A DNA stretch of 64,000 nt from the NCBI GenBank assembly GCA_026026165.1, contig JAPEUD010000053.1, positions 1-64,000 on the forward strand. The letters are read 5' to 3'. A program made the position numbers and the translations under genes. The notes under the pieces were generated by a model, which did not search any database, was not told the DNA's origin, and saw only the letters and a program-made list of their open reading frames with translations. Origin of the DNA: Sarea resinae (Eukaryota). Each line of letters opens with the position of its first letter. Position 1 is the first letter of the stretch. Positions 1-12,866 of the stretch are shown here, piece after piece.

Positions 1-386
1 GATGAATAGGGAGAGGAGAAGGTAGAAGGGGGGGAGGGCCATTTCTTGATGTACTACCTTCATGATTACCCCGCTGCTACCCCCGGGTATTACATACACT
101 CCTACATACATCTATGCATACATACAAACTCACATATACACTGCATATACACTACATATACACTACGGATATACTACGTATATAATAATAAGGAAAGGCT
201 TGCGTGGTTTTCAGTGGCTGGTTTATTGATAAATGCGGGGTCGGAGGAGAGGGTGGGCGAGTACTTCGTAGGAGGGTAGGGAGTAGGGAGTCAGGAGCAG
301 GTATTGCGCTTCATACGCCTTCAAAACACTCCCTCCCTCCCTCCCCTCCCCTCCTCTTTCTCTCCACCACTCCCCCCACCCCCACC

Positions 387-2037
387 CTAAACCTGCCGGA
401 CCCCCTTCCCCTTCATATCCGGCCTCTCACACGTCTCCCACTCGTCGCGAAGGACAGCGAATAGCAAATCGCCCACGAGAACCACCTGGCCCAGCGACCA
501 GACGAGCGTGATGGCGTAGAAGAAGTTGGCGTTGCCGGAGCCGGCGTAGATCCAGAGGTGGTAGAAGGCCGGGCCCAGAAGCGTGGCGTAGAGGAGCGTT
601 GAGGTTGCGATGAAGGGGTAGCGGAGGACTGGGGGGGAAGAGGATGTTAGTTGGGTTTGGGGGGTGGTGTGGGGGATGGAAGGAGGGGAGGGGGAAAAGG
701 GGGAAAGGGGGGTGGGGAGAGTATATGAGAAGATGGGCAAGGAATGGAGGAACGGGAAAGGGTTGACTTACGCGGAAAGATGTGGTGATAGAGCGGGATG
801 AGAGAAAAGTACAGAGATGTCGACGAGATGCTGGGGTAGGGCTGGAAGATGGCAAAGAGGCCCAGAAGCGTTGTCGTCACGAAAAGAGGCTGAGATCTAT
901 GTATGATTTATTTTGTTAGTCTGATGTCTCAGGGGCCGGTCGGGGTCAAAAAAGAGACATTTCGGGGCGATGGGGGGCAGTAGATGGAGTTTACCTCAAT
1001 CGAATGGTCAATCCGCCGACATAACTCCCTAAATGCAACCAGAATACGCCGAGAAAGAATTCCCGAAATGAATCAAACATCTCGATGAAGAAATACCACC
1101 ACAGTCCCACGTTGGGCGTGAGGTCAGGGAGAAGTAGTTGCACGCCGTAGGTTGAATAGAGAAATTCCCATGATGTGCCCGTGATAAGATATGAGAGGTA
1201 AAGGAGCGTGCCTATTGCTGCTGCGAGTTCGCCGAGTCGGAAGACGCTGAACTGGAGAGCGCTTTGGGGTGGCTTTTTAGTGTCCGAAGCGCGGGTGAGG
1301 CGGTCGTAGCAGAGGAGCACCAAAGGCGGGAAGAGCAGGATCGGGTAGAGGGAAAGGTAGGAGGCGAAGCTGAGGGCAAGGACAAAGGGGATCGTGGAGC
1401 CGTCTGTGGCTTTGGCGATGGCTAGGAGGATCGCGGCGTTCGTGAAGACACTTGTGGGGCGCGCAATGCAGGTTGCGATTGTGAGGGGGTTGAAGAGGAA
1501 GCTGCATCGCTGTCAGTCTGGTGTTATATAGGCGGTGGTGGTACACTGGAGAGGTATAGACGTACGCGGCGCCAATGGCGACGGGGTTCCACCTGGAATC
1601 TTTTCTCGACGAGGTATAGAGGCGCGATGATACGGACTCGCCCGTCTCGGCGATCTTCATCAGCGCATTGGCGCTCAAGAGGTCGATTGCGACGTAGAGG
1701 AGGTAAGTCGCCAGCGGGCTTCTCGAGGGGTCGGGAAGGAGGGCGAAGAGAGGCAGAAGCAATGGTGCTTGGTGGAAGACGCCGCCGTCGTAGGGGGAGA
1801 CATTATGGGTGTAGAGGAAAAGACCTTCTTGCACTAGAAGCGGGGAGTGTTAGCGGTGAGCTTGCGCGGTCTTGCAATTGCAGGAATTGGCTGACGTCTC
1901 TTGAAGCTGGTGACGGGGGTGGAGATCTCGACGCGGCCGGTCAACAGGTCGGGCAGGGATGGGAAGGCGATGAAGAGGAAGAGGCGCACGGCGATGGCGG
2001 AGCCGTAGAGCGCTGCTTTGTGCCGGTCGATGGGCAT
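387..2037 (-). CDS. GAB1: GPI transamidase subunit PIG-U (multi-exon)
   Basis: Spliced ORF pieces give RVEISTPVTSFKRLQEGLFLY..SPYDGGVFHQAPLLL, DLTPNVGLWWYFFIEMFDSFR and LWIYAGSGNANFFYAITLVW, all PIG-U motifs; introns e.g. 629-771 and 897-994. Confidence 0.92.
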
Positions 2038-2330
2038 GGTGGTGATGTGGGTCAGAGGGGAATCATCTCGAGATCCAGGCTCTGATGGCGGCCGTGGGCA
2101 GTAAATTTGGTGTTGAAGTCATACCTTCCACTCTGGATAAAGTACACCGTACTCGTACACACAATGCCGGCGTGCACGGACCAGCTCGAACTTTTTGGAT
2201 CCATCGCTTCGCTTCACTTCATCGCTATCGATATTCGTCCCCCATTGCGTGCAGAGACTGCAACCCATCCTCTCCCACCACGAGAGCCGCATTCCTTGCC
2301 CTCTCCTCATTTTCATTGCCAACCGCCACC

Positions 2331-4601
2331 ATGGGCAAGATCAAGAAGAAGGGTATATCTGTTTTTTCTATTTGTGCAAATGAAGCTGATCGTATCCGGC
2401 AGGCACTTCTGGCCAGGCCAAAAACTTCATCACTCGGACACAGGCCGTGCGCAAGCTGCAGGTCTCATTGCCAGACTTTCGACGACTCTGTATTTTCAAA
2501 GGTATGGCAGTGCGACCCGGAGCTCATCGGTCTCCTCTGCATGCATGTGCTCATACTGACTGCTCCAGGAATCTACCCGCGAGAACCGCGCAACAAGAAG
2601 AAAGCTTCCAAGTCCTCCACTGCCTCGACGACCTTCTACTACACCAAAGACATCCAGTACCTCCTCCATGAGCCCCTCCTGAACAAATTCCGCGATCACA
2701 AAGCATTATCAAAGAAGATTGGAAAGGCCCTAGGCCGGGGAGAAGTAGGCGACGCCGCCAGACTCGAGAAGACACAGACGCCGAGATTGACCTTGGATCA
2801 CATCATCAAAGAGCGGTACCCGACCTTTGTGGATGCTCTTCGCGATCTGGATGATGCGCTCTCGATGCTGTTCCTGTTCGCCAACCTGCCGTCCACATCT
2901 ACAGTGCCCCCGAAGACGATCGCGCTGTGTCAGCGACTCTGTCTCGAGTTTGAGCACTACCTGATCGTGAGCCATTCTCTGCGCAAATCCTTCTTGTCGA
3001 TCAAGGGCATCTACTATCAAGCCACCATCCAAGGGCAGGACATCTTATGGCTGGTGCCTTATAAATTCGTCCAGCGAGTCACAGGAGATGTGGATTTCCG
3101 AATCATGGGTACCTTTGTCGAACTATACACGACCTTGCTCGGCTTCGTCAATTTCCGTCTCTACTCTTCTGTCGGCCTGGTGTATCCACCAAAGTTCAAT
3201 GCAGGAAGCGATGAGCGCGGGGGTGAATTAGGTGCTTTTACGCTCGAGGGCCGAGCTGTCGGCACATCTCTACCGCAGATCGAAGCCCCTCCGTCCGCAA
3301 CGAATGGAATCAACGGAGAGTCGAAACCAGCCCCCAAAGCCATCCAGGATGCCCAAGCCCAAGCCGATAGTGTGGCCAAGCTCACCGAACCCGACTCTGA
3401 AACCCCAGTGCAACAAGAAGAACCCGAAGAGGAAGTGAGCGACAAAATCGACACCTTTGAAGCTACGGGTCCCGATGCAGACATTCTTCCTCAACCCCAA
3501 ATCAGCACTGCCGAAGCCGCCTCCCTCTTTAGTCCTTTCACTTTCTACCTGTCCCGCGAAACGCCCCGTCAACCACTCGAATTCCTTCTCCGCTCCTTTG
3601 GATGCAAGCGTATCGGCTGGGACGCCGTGCTTGGCGACGGCGCCTTTACCACCAATGAAGCCGACCCAGCCATCACGCACCAGATCGTGGATCGGCCAAA
3701 TCTGCCCCAGGATGCCCTCCCTCCCGCTCCCGACGCAGATGGCGCTGACGCGGTCGTTTCAAGTGGCACCATGATCAAGCCCGCCACTCGCGTCCCTGGC
3801 CGAACGTACGTCCAGCCACAATGGGTCTGGGACTGCGTCAACGCGGCCAAGCTCCTCAGACCGGATCTCTACGCTCCCGGCGCCACTCTTCCGCCTCATC
3901 TGAGCCCCTGGGTGAAACCGTCCAAGGGCCAATACGACCCCACGGCGCCTCTCGCGGAGCAGGAACGCGAAGGTGAAGCCGAAGAGGCCGAGGAAGCCGA
4001 GGCAGAAGCCGAAGCCCTGGAACACGAGGCTGATGAAGACGTCGATCTCAAGGACGCCCATGCGGCGTCTTCTTCCGAGGATGAAGACGAAGACGACGAT
4101 GAGGTTGAGATGGGCGCAGAGGGCATGCAAATCGCCCTCACCGACTCCGACGACGAATCCGATGCCTCGGGCTCCGACGTCCCACCCGCTGCAGCAGCCT
4201 CGCCCTCGGACGAAGAAGATGCCGAGGAGTCTGCCTCGGAAGACGAGACGGTGCTCCACCAGCGCGAACTCGAAGCCGAAGCCGCCGGCTTGCCCTTCTC
4301 GCACTCGCACGCATCCACCTCCACCAGCCAACACAAGAAATCAACCAAGTCCTCGAAAGCGGCGGCCACCGGCACCAGCACCACCACACCGCCGCCAAAG
4401 AAGTCCGACGCGAGAAAGAAGGCGGAAAAGAAGCGCAAGCAGGAGCAGGAAGAGCTCGATCGTCAGAAGATGATGATGTCGCGCAAGAAACGTAAGGTGC
4501 TGGATAAGATGCTCTATTCGAACCGCAAGAAGGACGAGGAGGCGGAGCGATTGAGGGGCAAGAGGCGCCGTATCGAGAAGGCTGCTGCTGCGGCCAAGTG
4601 A
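2331..4601 (+). CDS. NOP7: Pescadillo homolog, 60S biogenesis (2 introns near 5' end)
   Basis: [72 protein letters not shown]-type [12 protein letters not shown]; acidic then basic C-terminus. Confidence 0.96.
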   Translation: MGKIKKKGISVFSICANEADRIRQALLARPKTSSLGHRPCASCRSHCQTFDDSVFSKVWQCDPELIGLLCMHVLILTAPGIYPREPRNKKKASKSSTASTTFYYTKDIQYLLHEPLLNKFRDHKALSKKIGKALGRGEVGDAARLEKTQTPRLTLDHIIKERYPTFVDALRDLDDALSMLFLFANLPSTSTVPPKTIALCQRLCLEFEHYLIVSHSLRKSFLSIKGIYYQATIQGQDILWLVPYKFVQRVTGDVDFRIMGTFVELYTTLLGFVNFRLYSSVGLVYPPKFNAGSDERGGELGAFTLEGRAVGTSLPQIEAPPSATNGINGESKPAPKAIQDAQAQADSVAKLTEPDSETPVQQEEPEEEVSDKIDTFEATGPDADILPQPQISTAEAASLFSPFTFYLSRETPRQPLEFLLRSFGCKRIGWDAVLGDGAFTTNEADPAITHQIVDRPNLPQDALPPAPDADGADAVVSSGTMIKPATRVPGRTYVQPQWVWDCVNAAKLLRPDLYAPGATLPPHLSPWVKPSKGQYDPTAPLAEQEREGEAEEAEEAEAEAEALEHEADEDVDLKDAHAASSSEDEDEDDDEVEMGAEGMQIALTDSDDESDASGSDVPPAAAASPSDEEDAEESASEDETVLHQRELEAEAAGLPFSHSHASTSTSQHKKSTKSSKAAATGTSTTTPPPKKSDARKKAEKKRKQEQEELDRQKMMMSRKKRKVLDKMLYSNRKKDEEAERLRGKRRRIEKAAAAAK

Positions 4602-4974
4602 GTTGTGTGTATGTGTGGTTCGCCTCGGACGGGGCAGAAAAGCAGGAAGCACGAGGCAGAAAGTCAGAAAAGGAGAAAATTACCCAGAGATAGGAGGAGG
4701 AGACAAGGCAGCGTGCAACAGGCACGAAGGACGAGGGACGAGGGAGGAAAAGGCGTGGGACTAAATCACCGGCGTTTACATCTTTTCTTTTCGTGTATCC
4801 CTCCATCTGCATTATGTTACGTTCCGTTACGTTTTATCATCATGTCCAATCATCTATCCAAATTCAACCATGCACTTATTAGGTTTCACTTTTTTCCACG
4901 TACATTGGCATATAAAGTCTATTTTTTCACGTCTTTGGGATCCAAAACGTTTGTAGAAGCCTGGGGTAGTAGGT

Positions 4975-5668
4975 GAATAGGTATAAGGGGCGAGGGAGGT
5001 AGGTTGTCCCTCTATCTATCTATCTATCTATCTATCTACCTAAGCCTGCCATGCGTGTACTATATATACATGTGTGTATAAAGTATTAATATATATATAT
5101 ATATATAGTTGTAGCAATCTGACTTACTCACTCACTCACTCACTCACTCACTCACTTATTTGCCTACCTACGTACTTTTGTAAAATGCACACATGTCTAA
5201 ACATATATACTATGTATAAACACACGGTGATAAAACATAACCTAGAACATTACCTCTAGCATATAAGATACACAATATCATAATTTTATACTTGTCACAC
5301 ACTATAACGGTCTAGACCTCCTAATTCAATTAAGTTTGTGTTTTTGATTTAGTTTTTGATTTTAATAGATTTCTTGGTTTTAGTTCAGGTGGTTTAGGTG
5401 CTTAGGTAGCTAAGTAGTTAGTTAGGTATTTTAGGTAGTTCAGGCGGTTTTAGTTGATAGAGGTAGAAGAGGTAGAAAATATCAAACATAGTATATCAAA
5501 CTAGGTGTAAAGTATACAAAGAATTTCAACTCTCTTCTGCCAATTCTCTTTTCCTTTAACTCTTTCTTTTCAATGAGAGAAAGTTAATCTTTTAGTTAGC
5601 GTTGTTCTTCTACTTAAAGGGGTAGTGCGTTTTTATTATTTGTTTGTTATTTCTAGTGTCTCTATTTC

Positions 5669-5732
<64 letters not shown>

Positions 5733-6120
5733 GCTTTCTCTTTAGAGGACTTTAGAGGAAAGACGTTGTTATACTAGTCAATTATTCTTAGGCTCTTAGC
5801 TAGTAGAGTAGGTAGAGTAAGGGGAAAAAGGTGGTGGTAAGGGCTAGCAAGAGAGAGGAGGAGGCAGAAAGAGGGAAACAGGTGTTAGAGGAGTATAAAT
5901 GTGGTTGCAGGTGTGGTTGTGGTTGTGGTTGTTGAATTTAGTTGAGATTGAGATTGAGATTGAGATTGTAATTGTGAATGCGGTTATGGTTGAGATTGTG
6001 GTGGTGGAACAGGATGACATCTAGAGAGAGGGAGACAGAGAGATGGATAGATGAGTGACTGAGTGCGTGAGTATATAGGCGTACAGATAGACAGATAGAA
6101 GAACAGGCAACTACGATACA
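4975..6120. repeat. AT-rich low-complexity island with microsatellites between convergent NOP7 and MET7
   Basis: (TATC)n ~5010-5038, (ACTC)n ~5125-5155, (CT)n ~5667-5728, (AGATTG)n ~5945-5968; TpA-rich core. Confidence 0.85.
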
Positions 6121-6143
6121 GCTAGAGACAGAGCAGCAAGACT

Positions 6144-8001
6144 CTACGAGGCACCGACACCAGCACCAGCACCAGCACCAGCCCCCGTTTCCAAAACCTC
6201 CAAAACGCCCCCAACGAGATGCAAGCTCCCGGTCACCAGCACGCTCACCCCCTCCCCATCTTCCTTGCGCTCTCCACCACCACCATGACGTCGCATATAC
6301 TCCGCAGCCACGCGCCGCACCTCGGCCACGGCGTCCTCGATGCACCCGACCACCTTCACGCTACACGCGCCCTGGCCGCCATCCCCATCCGCATCCGCAT
6401 CCGCGTCCGGCCCATGATGCAGCGCCGCCCACGTAGCAGCGAGCTCGCGCTGCACCTTCAGCGTGTCGACATCGGCGGCCGACGTGTTGATGGAGACGAG
6501 GTCGGGCGCGTAGCCCGTGGCGCGTGTGGTGATGTTGGGCGTGAAGATGGCGTGCGTGAAGTGCGAGGGTGTGTGGAGGGCCGTTGTCAGCGTCGTGTGA
6601 AGGTGCCGTGCGAGCGAGGGGGCGTCGCGGGTTTGTTGGTTGAAGAGGAGGATGCGGGGAGCTGAAGTGGTGGTGGTGGAAGGGGTAGGTGGGGATGTGG
6701 ATGTGGATGTGGATGGGGATGCCGTGCTGGCTGTAGGAGTGGATGAGGAGGGTGGAATTGCTGGTGAGGTAGAGGAAGACGACGGCGGCGAAGGCGGTAG
6801 CTGCGAGGCATACCACTTCGCCGCCTCGCCGATGCTGTCGAGCGTGTGGCCGCCGTCAATATACCATACCACGCCGTCCTCCTTCCGCGTCTCGCATCGC
6901 CCGCCCCAGCGCACCTGTTCTAAACCCCTGCGAAAGGCCTCGGGAAGAGGACTCGTGGTGCTGATATCGGCGGGGATGTCGGTGTGGCCTAGACGTCTCA
7001 GATGCTCGGCCGCGATCGCGATGGCGAGACTGGCGTTTGTCTTCTGGAAGTCGGCCGCGAGCCCGAGTTGGATGTTGTCGAGATCCGGATGGCGCTGTAC
7101 GACATTCAGCTTGACGCCCTTTTCCGCGGCGCGTTGGCGTAGCACCGTCATGGCTGCTTCGGGCTGCGGAACCGTGTAGGCTGTTGCGCCGGGCTTCATG
7201 ATGCCCGCCTTGTGCCACGCGATCTGGTCGATCGTATCGCCGAGAACGGCAACGTGGTCGATGCCGAGACTCGTGATGCCCGTCACCGTGGGACCCACGA
7301 GGATATTCGTGCTGTCGTATTCGCCGCCGATGCCGGCCTCGATGACCGCCGTGTCCACGCCCTCGCGCATGTAGGCGTGAAAGGCCATCAGCGTCAGAAA
7401 GCGAAAATAGACTGGCTTTGCCGAGCTGTCGGTGGGCAGTCCCTCGAGCTGCGCCGACGCTTCGAGCCGGTCCCAGACCTCGAAGAAGTATTGCGCGAAG
7501 AGTGATTCGGGGAGGGGCGCGTTGTCTATCTGGATGCGCTCGCGAACGAAGCGCAGGTGGGGGGACGTGTAGAGGCCGATCTTGTGGGGCTTTAGGGCGG
7601 CGGGCTGTCCTTTGGCTTTGGGGGTGTATTGAGAGAGGATAGAGGAGATGAAGGCGCTGGTGGAGCCCTTGCCTTTCGTGCCGGCGATGTGAATCGTCTG
7701 GAGGCGGTCTAGATCGGACGGCTTCATTCATGGGTTGTTGGGTCAGCCAGGGTCTAAACTGCAGTCTCGAGGCGGCACGCGCACACCTTGTAGCCCGCTT
7801 TTCGAAGCCATTCGACCATCTCCGGGATAGCCTGTTTGTTCATGCCCTTGCCCGACTTCCGGATGGCGTCGACGATGGAGAAATTCGACTGCAGCGTGTT
7901 CAATGCCGCCACGGCATCCTAGAAGCCCGCCAGTCGCATCCGTCAGTGTAGGCTCAGTATATCAAACAGAGAGCCTCACATACACCGTAGTCGCGAGCCA
8001 T
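6144..8001 (-). CDS. MET7: Folylpolyglutamate synthase (introns 7919-7983, 7722-7786); in-frame upstream ATGs to ~8160
   Basis: MARDYG|DAVAALNTLQSN; IHIAGTKGKGSTS P-loop, GLYTSPHL, EAGIGGEYDSTN, DGGHT, VLVTGSLHLVGG. Confidence 0.95.
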
Positions 8002-8451
8002 CTTGACCACACGCTGAGAAAGGCCTCGAGACCAGATGCTTCGCATAGGCGCTTGAGGGGCAATGGTCATGAATGTTGATATTGCATGCTGACGGTGGCA
8101 TTGCAGAGCCCCAGTGAGAGCCGGGACAGAGTAATAAATAATGGCAATGGCGGGGAGCATGTCAGTGGGGCCCTTGGTGGACCTTTGGGTACTTCGGGCA
8201 CGGTCGGTATTGAGCCAGCAAGAAGGTAGACGGATGTATCGATATAAGGTCAAGCAGGGCATCTGGCAGCCGTGGATCGGAAGATCATTGATCTTGCAGC
8301 AGCTGAGTCATGTGGTTGGGTCACGTGCATGCAAGGCACCGTTCTCATCACCATGCACGTCGATATGTATGACTTATGATGAAGCTCATTATTGATTGAT
8401 CTGGAATTTCTGGGCTCATCGTTGACCCGGGGAATCTATCTATCATGCTCT

Positions 8452-10750
8452 CTACTCGATTCTCTTCTTGCCCTCCTCGAGGAAACTCAGTCGGGCGCTG
8501 CTGACGCCACGCTCCCTCCGACGGACCAGAAAGCGACCTACGACTTGGTCCTGGCGTGCTTTGGCGAGTGCATCTTGGTAGCCTTCAAGTGCCCATGGGG
8601 GGGTGTTGAGTTTCGGCCAGTTGACCTAGATTCAAAGAGAACGATTAGCAAAGAGAAACACAGTTGCAACTTGAAGGGACCAGGAAAGCCAAAATAACAA
8701 AAAAAGGAGGGAGCACTGACATAGAGCGTTCCATGCGTGTAGATGAAACGCAGACACCACGCGGCCACGGAGAAGCAGATCAGTACCAGCAGGCGCAGGG
8801 GCCAGATAGTAGCGTCCGGCAGCCTGCGCGTGACCGTGGCCGTCAGGACGAAAAATAGACAGCCGGCGAGAATGTACGGGATCGACTGAATGAGCACGGG
8901 CCGTACATCGGCGAACGGAGAAGCGCTGCCGCTGTTCGAGTCCGAGGGCAGATAGGCGCCGAGAAAGACATCGAAGGCGTCCTGCCTAGGCCCGTCTGCA
9001 AAGTTGTTCCGCATATACCGAGTGATCGAGTTCATGAGGTCTTGCACCATGCCCGCCCTGGTGCGGTTGCCGGTGCGCGTGAAGTCTGTTTTCAGCGCCC
9101 CGGTGCCTGAATAAGACCGTGAGACCACATCTGCATTATCGGCCCACACATTGCGGAAGAGGGTCTCGAAAGCCGCGTCGTCGCTCACGAGCTCTCCATG
9201 TCGCAAAAGTCCGGTGTCGTGGAGCATGCGCGTCAGGGTCCAGCGCGCGAACATGCTCTGCACCACGTTGGTGCGATCGAGACAGTCCATGCAGTTGGTG
9301 CGCATCACACTGGTCTGTTGATTGCGGACCTCGAGACGGCCCTGTTGGTCGCCGGGCATTTCGACGCCGCGAAAGTACTGCTGCTTGAGGAGAGCCTCGC
9401 CGAGCTGTTCCAATAAGAGCTGTGCTCTATGCCATCTCAGGCCTTTGGTCTCGCTGTGGAAGTCAAAATAGACGTAATGAAGGTGGTCGAGGATCTGACT
9501 CTGCTTTGCTGGTTCGAGTAGATGGAATTTCTCTTCGGTAATCGGATCTGCCTTTGTGGCCTCACTGGGCGAAGAAAGAAGGGCGCGAACGACTTGCTCG
9601 TAAGACTTCTTGACGATCTGCTCGCGCCCTTTTTGGTTGACGAGGTTGACCAGATAATTGTCGCCATACAACCTCATCTGCTCTTCGAAGTGCTGCTTTG
9701 CGGCAGGGACAGCAGTCTCCACCCCTCTGATCTGCAATTTCGGCGTGTAGTGTAGCGTATTCATTTCCGCCCAATAGACAGGAACACTACCTCTTGTCTG
9801 GACGTAAGCTAGGACCTGGACCTCCTTCCCGTCCCTGGCGGCCAGCGAGCCATTGCGTAAGCCGTCTCCACCGGCAAACCCGGCCAAGCCTCCTGTGGCA
9901 TCGTTCAGTACCACAATCTGCTCCGTCTCATTGTAATTCGATACCTGGCCCTTCTCGTTGATGCCCCGGGAGAAGTATCGCGTGCCCGCTCTGTGCCTTG
10001 AACGCCGAGTGACTAGGGCATATGTTAGGGGGTTTCCGTTGATAGAGGTTGGGGTGATCCTCATCATCCCGAACATGACCGGCAGTATGTAGGGATCCAC
10101 GCCAGGCTGCTGTCCACTGTGATGTCGAATTCCAGAGCTGCTGCCACCACCAACCCGGAAGTCGATCAAGTCCGTCTGCACAAAGCGATTCCAGAAGAAC
10201 CGGTCGTCTGCCCGTTTCCACAAGGGTGCTGATAAATCGGCATCTGCTTGTCGCTGGAAGCTGTTGGTGATGTCGAGGGAATAGGAGAAATACATCGGAC
10301 CTTGTTTCAGCAGGGTCCTGACGAGTGTGAGGTAGGTATCTTCGTCGTGATCGTGAAGTGGCCGTTCGCGCAAGGGTAGGAATTCGATGGCGGCGACTTT
10401 GTAAACCATGTGTCCCTTTAGACGTCCCATCGGCTGCGCCTTGGTGATTACAATTACGTACTTGTCTGTCTCAACCGTTAGTCTTGAGGGCCTGCTTGTC
10501 ATGGACGACGCCTCGACGCCTCGACGCCTCGACGCCTCGACGCACCTAATCGCAATCGGATGATGCCCAGAATTCCCGCAATGCTCGAAACGCGCTTTGC
10601 GCCCAGAAGGGCGCCATCATTCAGTCTCAGATCGCCCGAGGGACGATCGACGACCAGCGTCGGTGCCGTCGGCGATGAAGGTGAGGTAAAGGCATAATGA
10701 GAGGTCGAGGCGTGAACGTTGATGTCGCGAAAGGGAAAGAGAGTGGCCAT
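8452..10750 (-). CDS. SAC1: Phosphoinositide phosphatase Sac1 (2 introns)
   Basis: Catalytic RTNCMDCLDRTNVVQS, RAGTRYFSRG, QTRGSVPVYW, YSGTGALKTDFTRTG; two C-terminal TM segments; last exon VNWPKL..EEGKKRIE*. Confidence 0.96.
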
Positions 10751-11944
10751 GAGGACACGGGCCTAGTGGCCGAATCGAGATGTCACAATCAGGATTCGCA
10801 ATCGTTCGATGGTGGTGGCGGGACAAGACAGATGAGTGGTGAGAACGTCGAAGAAGCAGAACAACGGATGAGAAGAGGAGAGCGAGATGGCAAGGAGGAG
10901 CCTGAACGGTGTGACGAACGAAAGATGAGGGCGGTAAGGAGTCGAATGCGAAATCGCGTGGGGAATAATGTTCAGGATTGGGATGGCAATCATGCAGGTG
11001 GATGACAGCTTGTATGTACTTGGTATCAAGTTCCTCTAGCTTGGAAGATCCGAGAGGGAGGTATCCCCCGGTGCAGCTGTGGTCATGAGTGACAGCTGAA
11101 GGGACTCGGGTACGAAGCAAGAAGTACCTCCAGAGCACTTACGGCACCACTAATACCCGACTCCCGTCTCCATCAACAACGTGAATGAGATGGATGGATG
11201 TGGATGTCAAGATCAATCAGTGCCTGGGGCATCGATACTTGGTATTATAGTACGACCAGCTATCTACCGCTAGGTACCTCGAGCCTCTGGATGCATCACT
11301 GGTGACTTGAGGTACTTGACTCGACCGAGTGATGTGGTGGATGAGTGCAGTGCCCAGGCTGGATCGAGGATGAAAGCAGCAGCTGGAGGTATTTATCCGT
11401 ACCGAATTCCATACTGTCACGTACTCCAGGGCTGGCAGCTCTCGGATGGCTGGTGAGGTGCTTGAGGTGCGGTGGTCGTGGTGATGAACCGAGCTCGTGG
11501 CTTTGTCCCGTCTGACTCGAGTGGATATCTACCCGGTACTTCCACTGTACCTCTGTGCCGCCCTCTGACGCCGCTGATCTGCCTGTACTGCCGAGTACCC
11601 ACTTCGTACCGACACTCCAATCTCAGCTCCTCGACCTTCCTTGCTCTGGAGTACGCCCCGAGTACCTCGACACCTGCTTTCGTCGTCACCCTCCATCCTT
11701 GTGATCGAAAGAAAGCCGAACCACCACCATCACGGCGACTCAGCGATTATCACCATCACCATCACCATTCCCACCACCACCACCACCTCGACCCTTGATC
11801 CCTTGACCTCAGCCCGTCCACTCTTCGCGACTACGGAGCACCTCGCCATCCTCTGACACAAGGGCGTCTGGATAGCTTCGTGCTTGCTTATCGTTCCTTC
11901 TCCGTCATTGACCTCCAACCCGGCCTGCTCTCACACATCTCGCC

Positions 11945-12866
11945 ATGGCCTCAAGAGTCTCGACGGGACCCGGCGGTTCGCGGTTCGCTCAATTTAAGTT
12001 GGTCTTACTGGGTTCGTATTCCTCTCCTTCGATGCAGACTATTTGCCAGGCTGGCCTCATATCCGGTCCCTTGACTGACGTTTGGTCGTCCATGTAGGAG
12101 AGTCTGCCGTTGGAAAGGTTAGCACGAGACGTCTTGCCATGTATTTCGTTGACTGAAGCGCTGACCACTCCCTTAAGAGCTCGCTCGTTCTCAGATTTGT
12201 CAAGGTGGGCCTGAACCTGTCTTCACGACGCAAACTGTATTTACTGTACTGGAAGTTGACATGCGCATCCTCCAGGACCAATTCGATGACTACCGAGAAT
12301 CGACCATTGGCGCGGCCTTCCTTACTCAGACGATCGCGCTGGACGACAACACTACAGTGAAATTTGAAATATGGGATACGGCTGGCCAAGAGCGATACAA
12401 GTCGCTCGCCCCCATGTACTACCGTAACGCAAATTGCGCCGTCGTGGTTTACGACATCACTCAAGCGGTATGTTCGATAGGCGCACCCTCTTCTCGCAGC
12501 GCTCTCTGACCGTTCCCCCTCTAGCAATCTCTAGACAAAGCAAAGTCGTGGGTCAAGGAGCTCCAACGACAGGCAAACGAAAACATCATTATTGCCCTTG
12601 CTGGCAACAAGCTCGATCTTGTGACTGCCGATCCCGATAAACGTGCCGTCCAAAAGGCGGACGCCGAAACATATTCCAAGGAGGCTGGACTTTTGTTCTT
12701 TGAGACCTCTGCTAAGACCGCAGAAAATGTTCGGGAGCTCTTCACGGCGATTGCGAGGAAGCTACCACTTGACCAGCCAAGGAATATCCGATCAGGCCCA
12801 CGCCCGGGCGTAGACCTTCGACCAGAGGCACCGGGCACGCAGGGTGCTGGTGCTTGCAACTGCTAG
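11945..12866 (+). CDS. Rab5-family GTPase (Ypt5/Vps21/Ypt52-like; 4 introns)
   Basis: [61 protein letters not shown]-terminal CNC prenylation motif. Confidence 0.95.

Noticed and set aside
2085..2330. N-terminal extension of the 838-aa NOP7 ORF
   Set aside because: Read-through of promoter and introns; the conserved start is MGKIKKK at 2331
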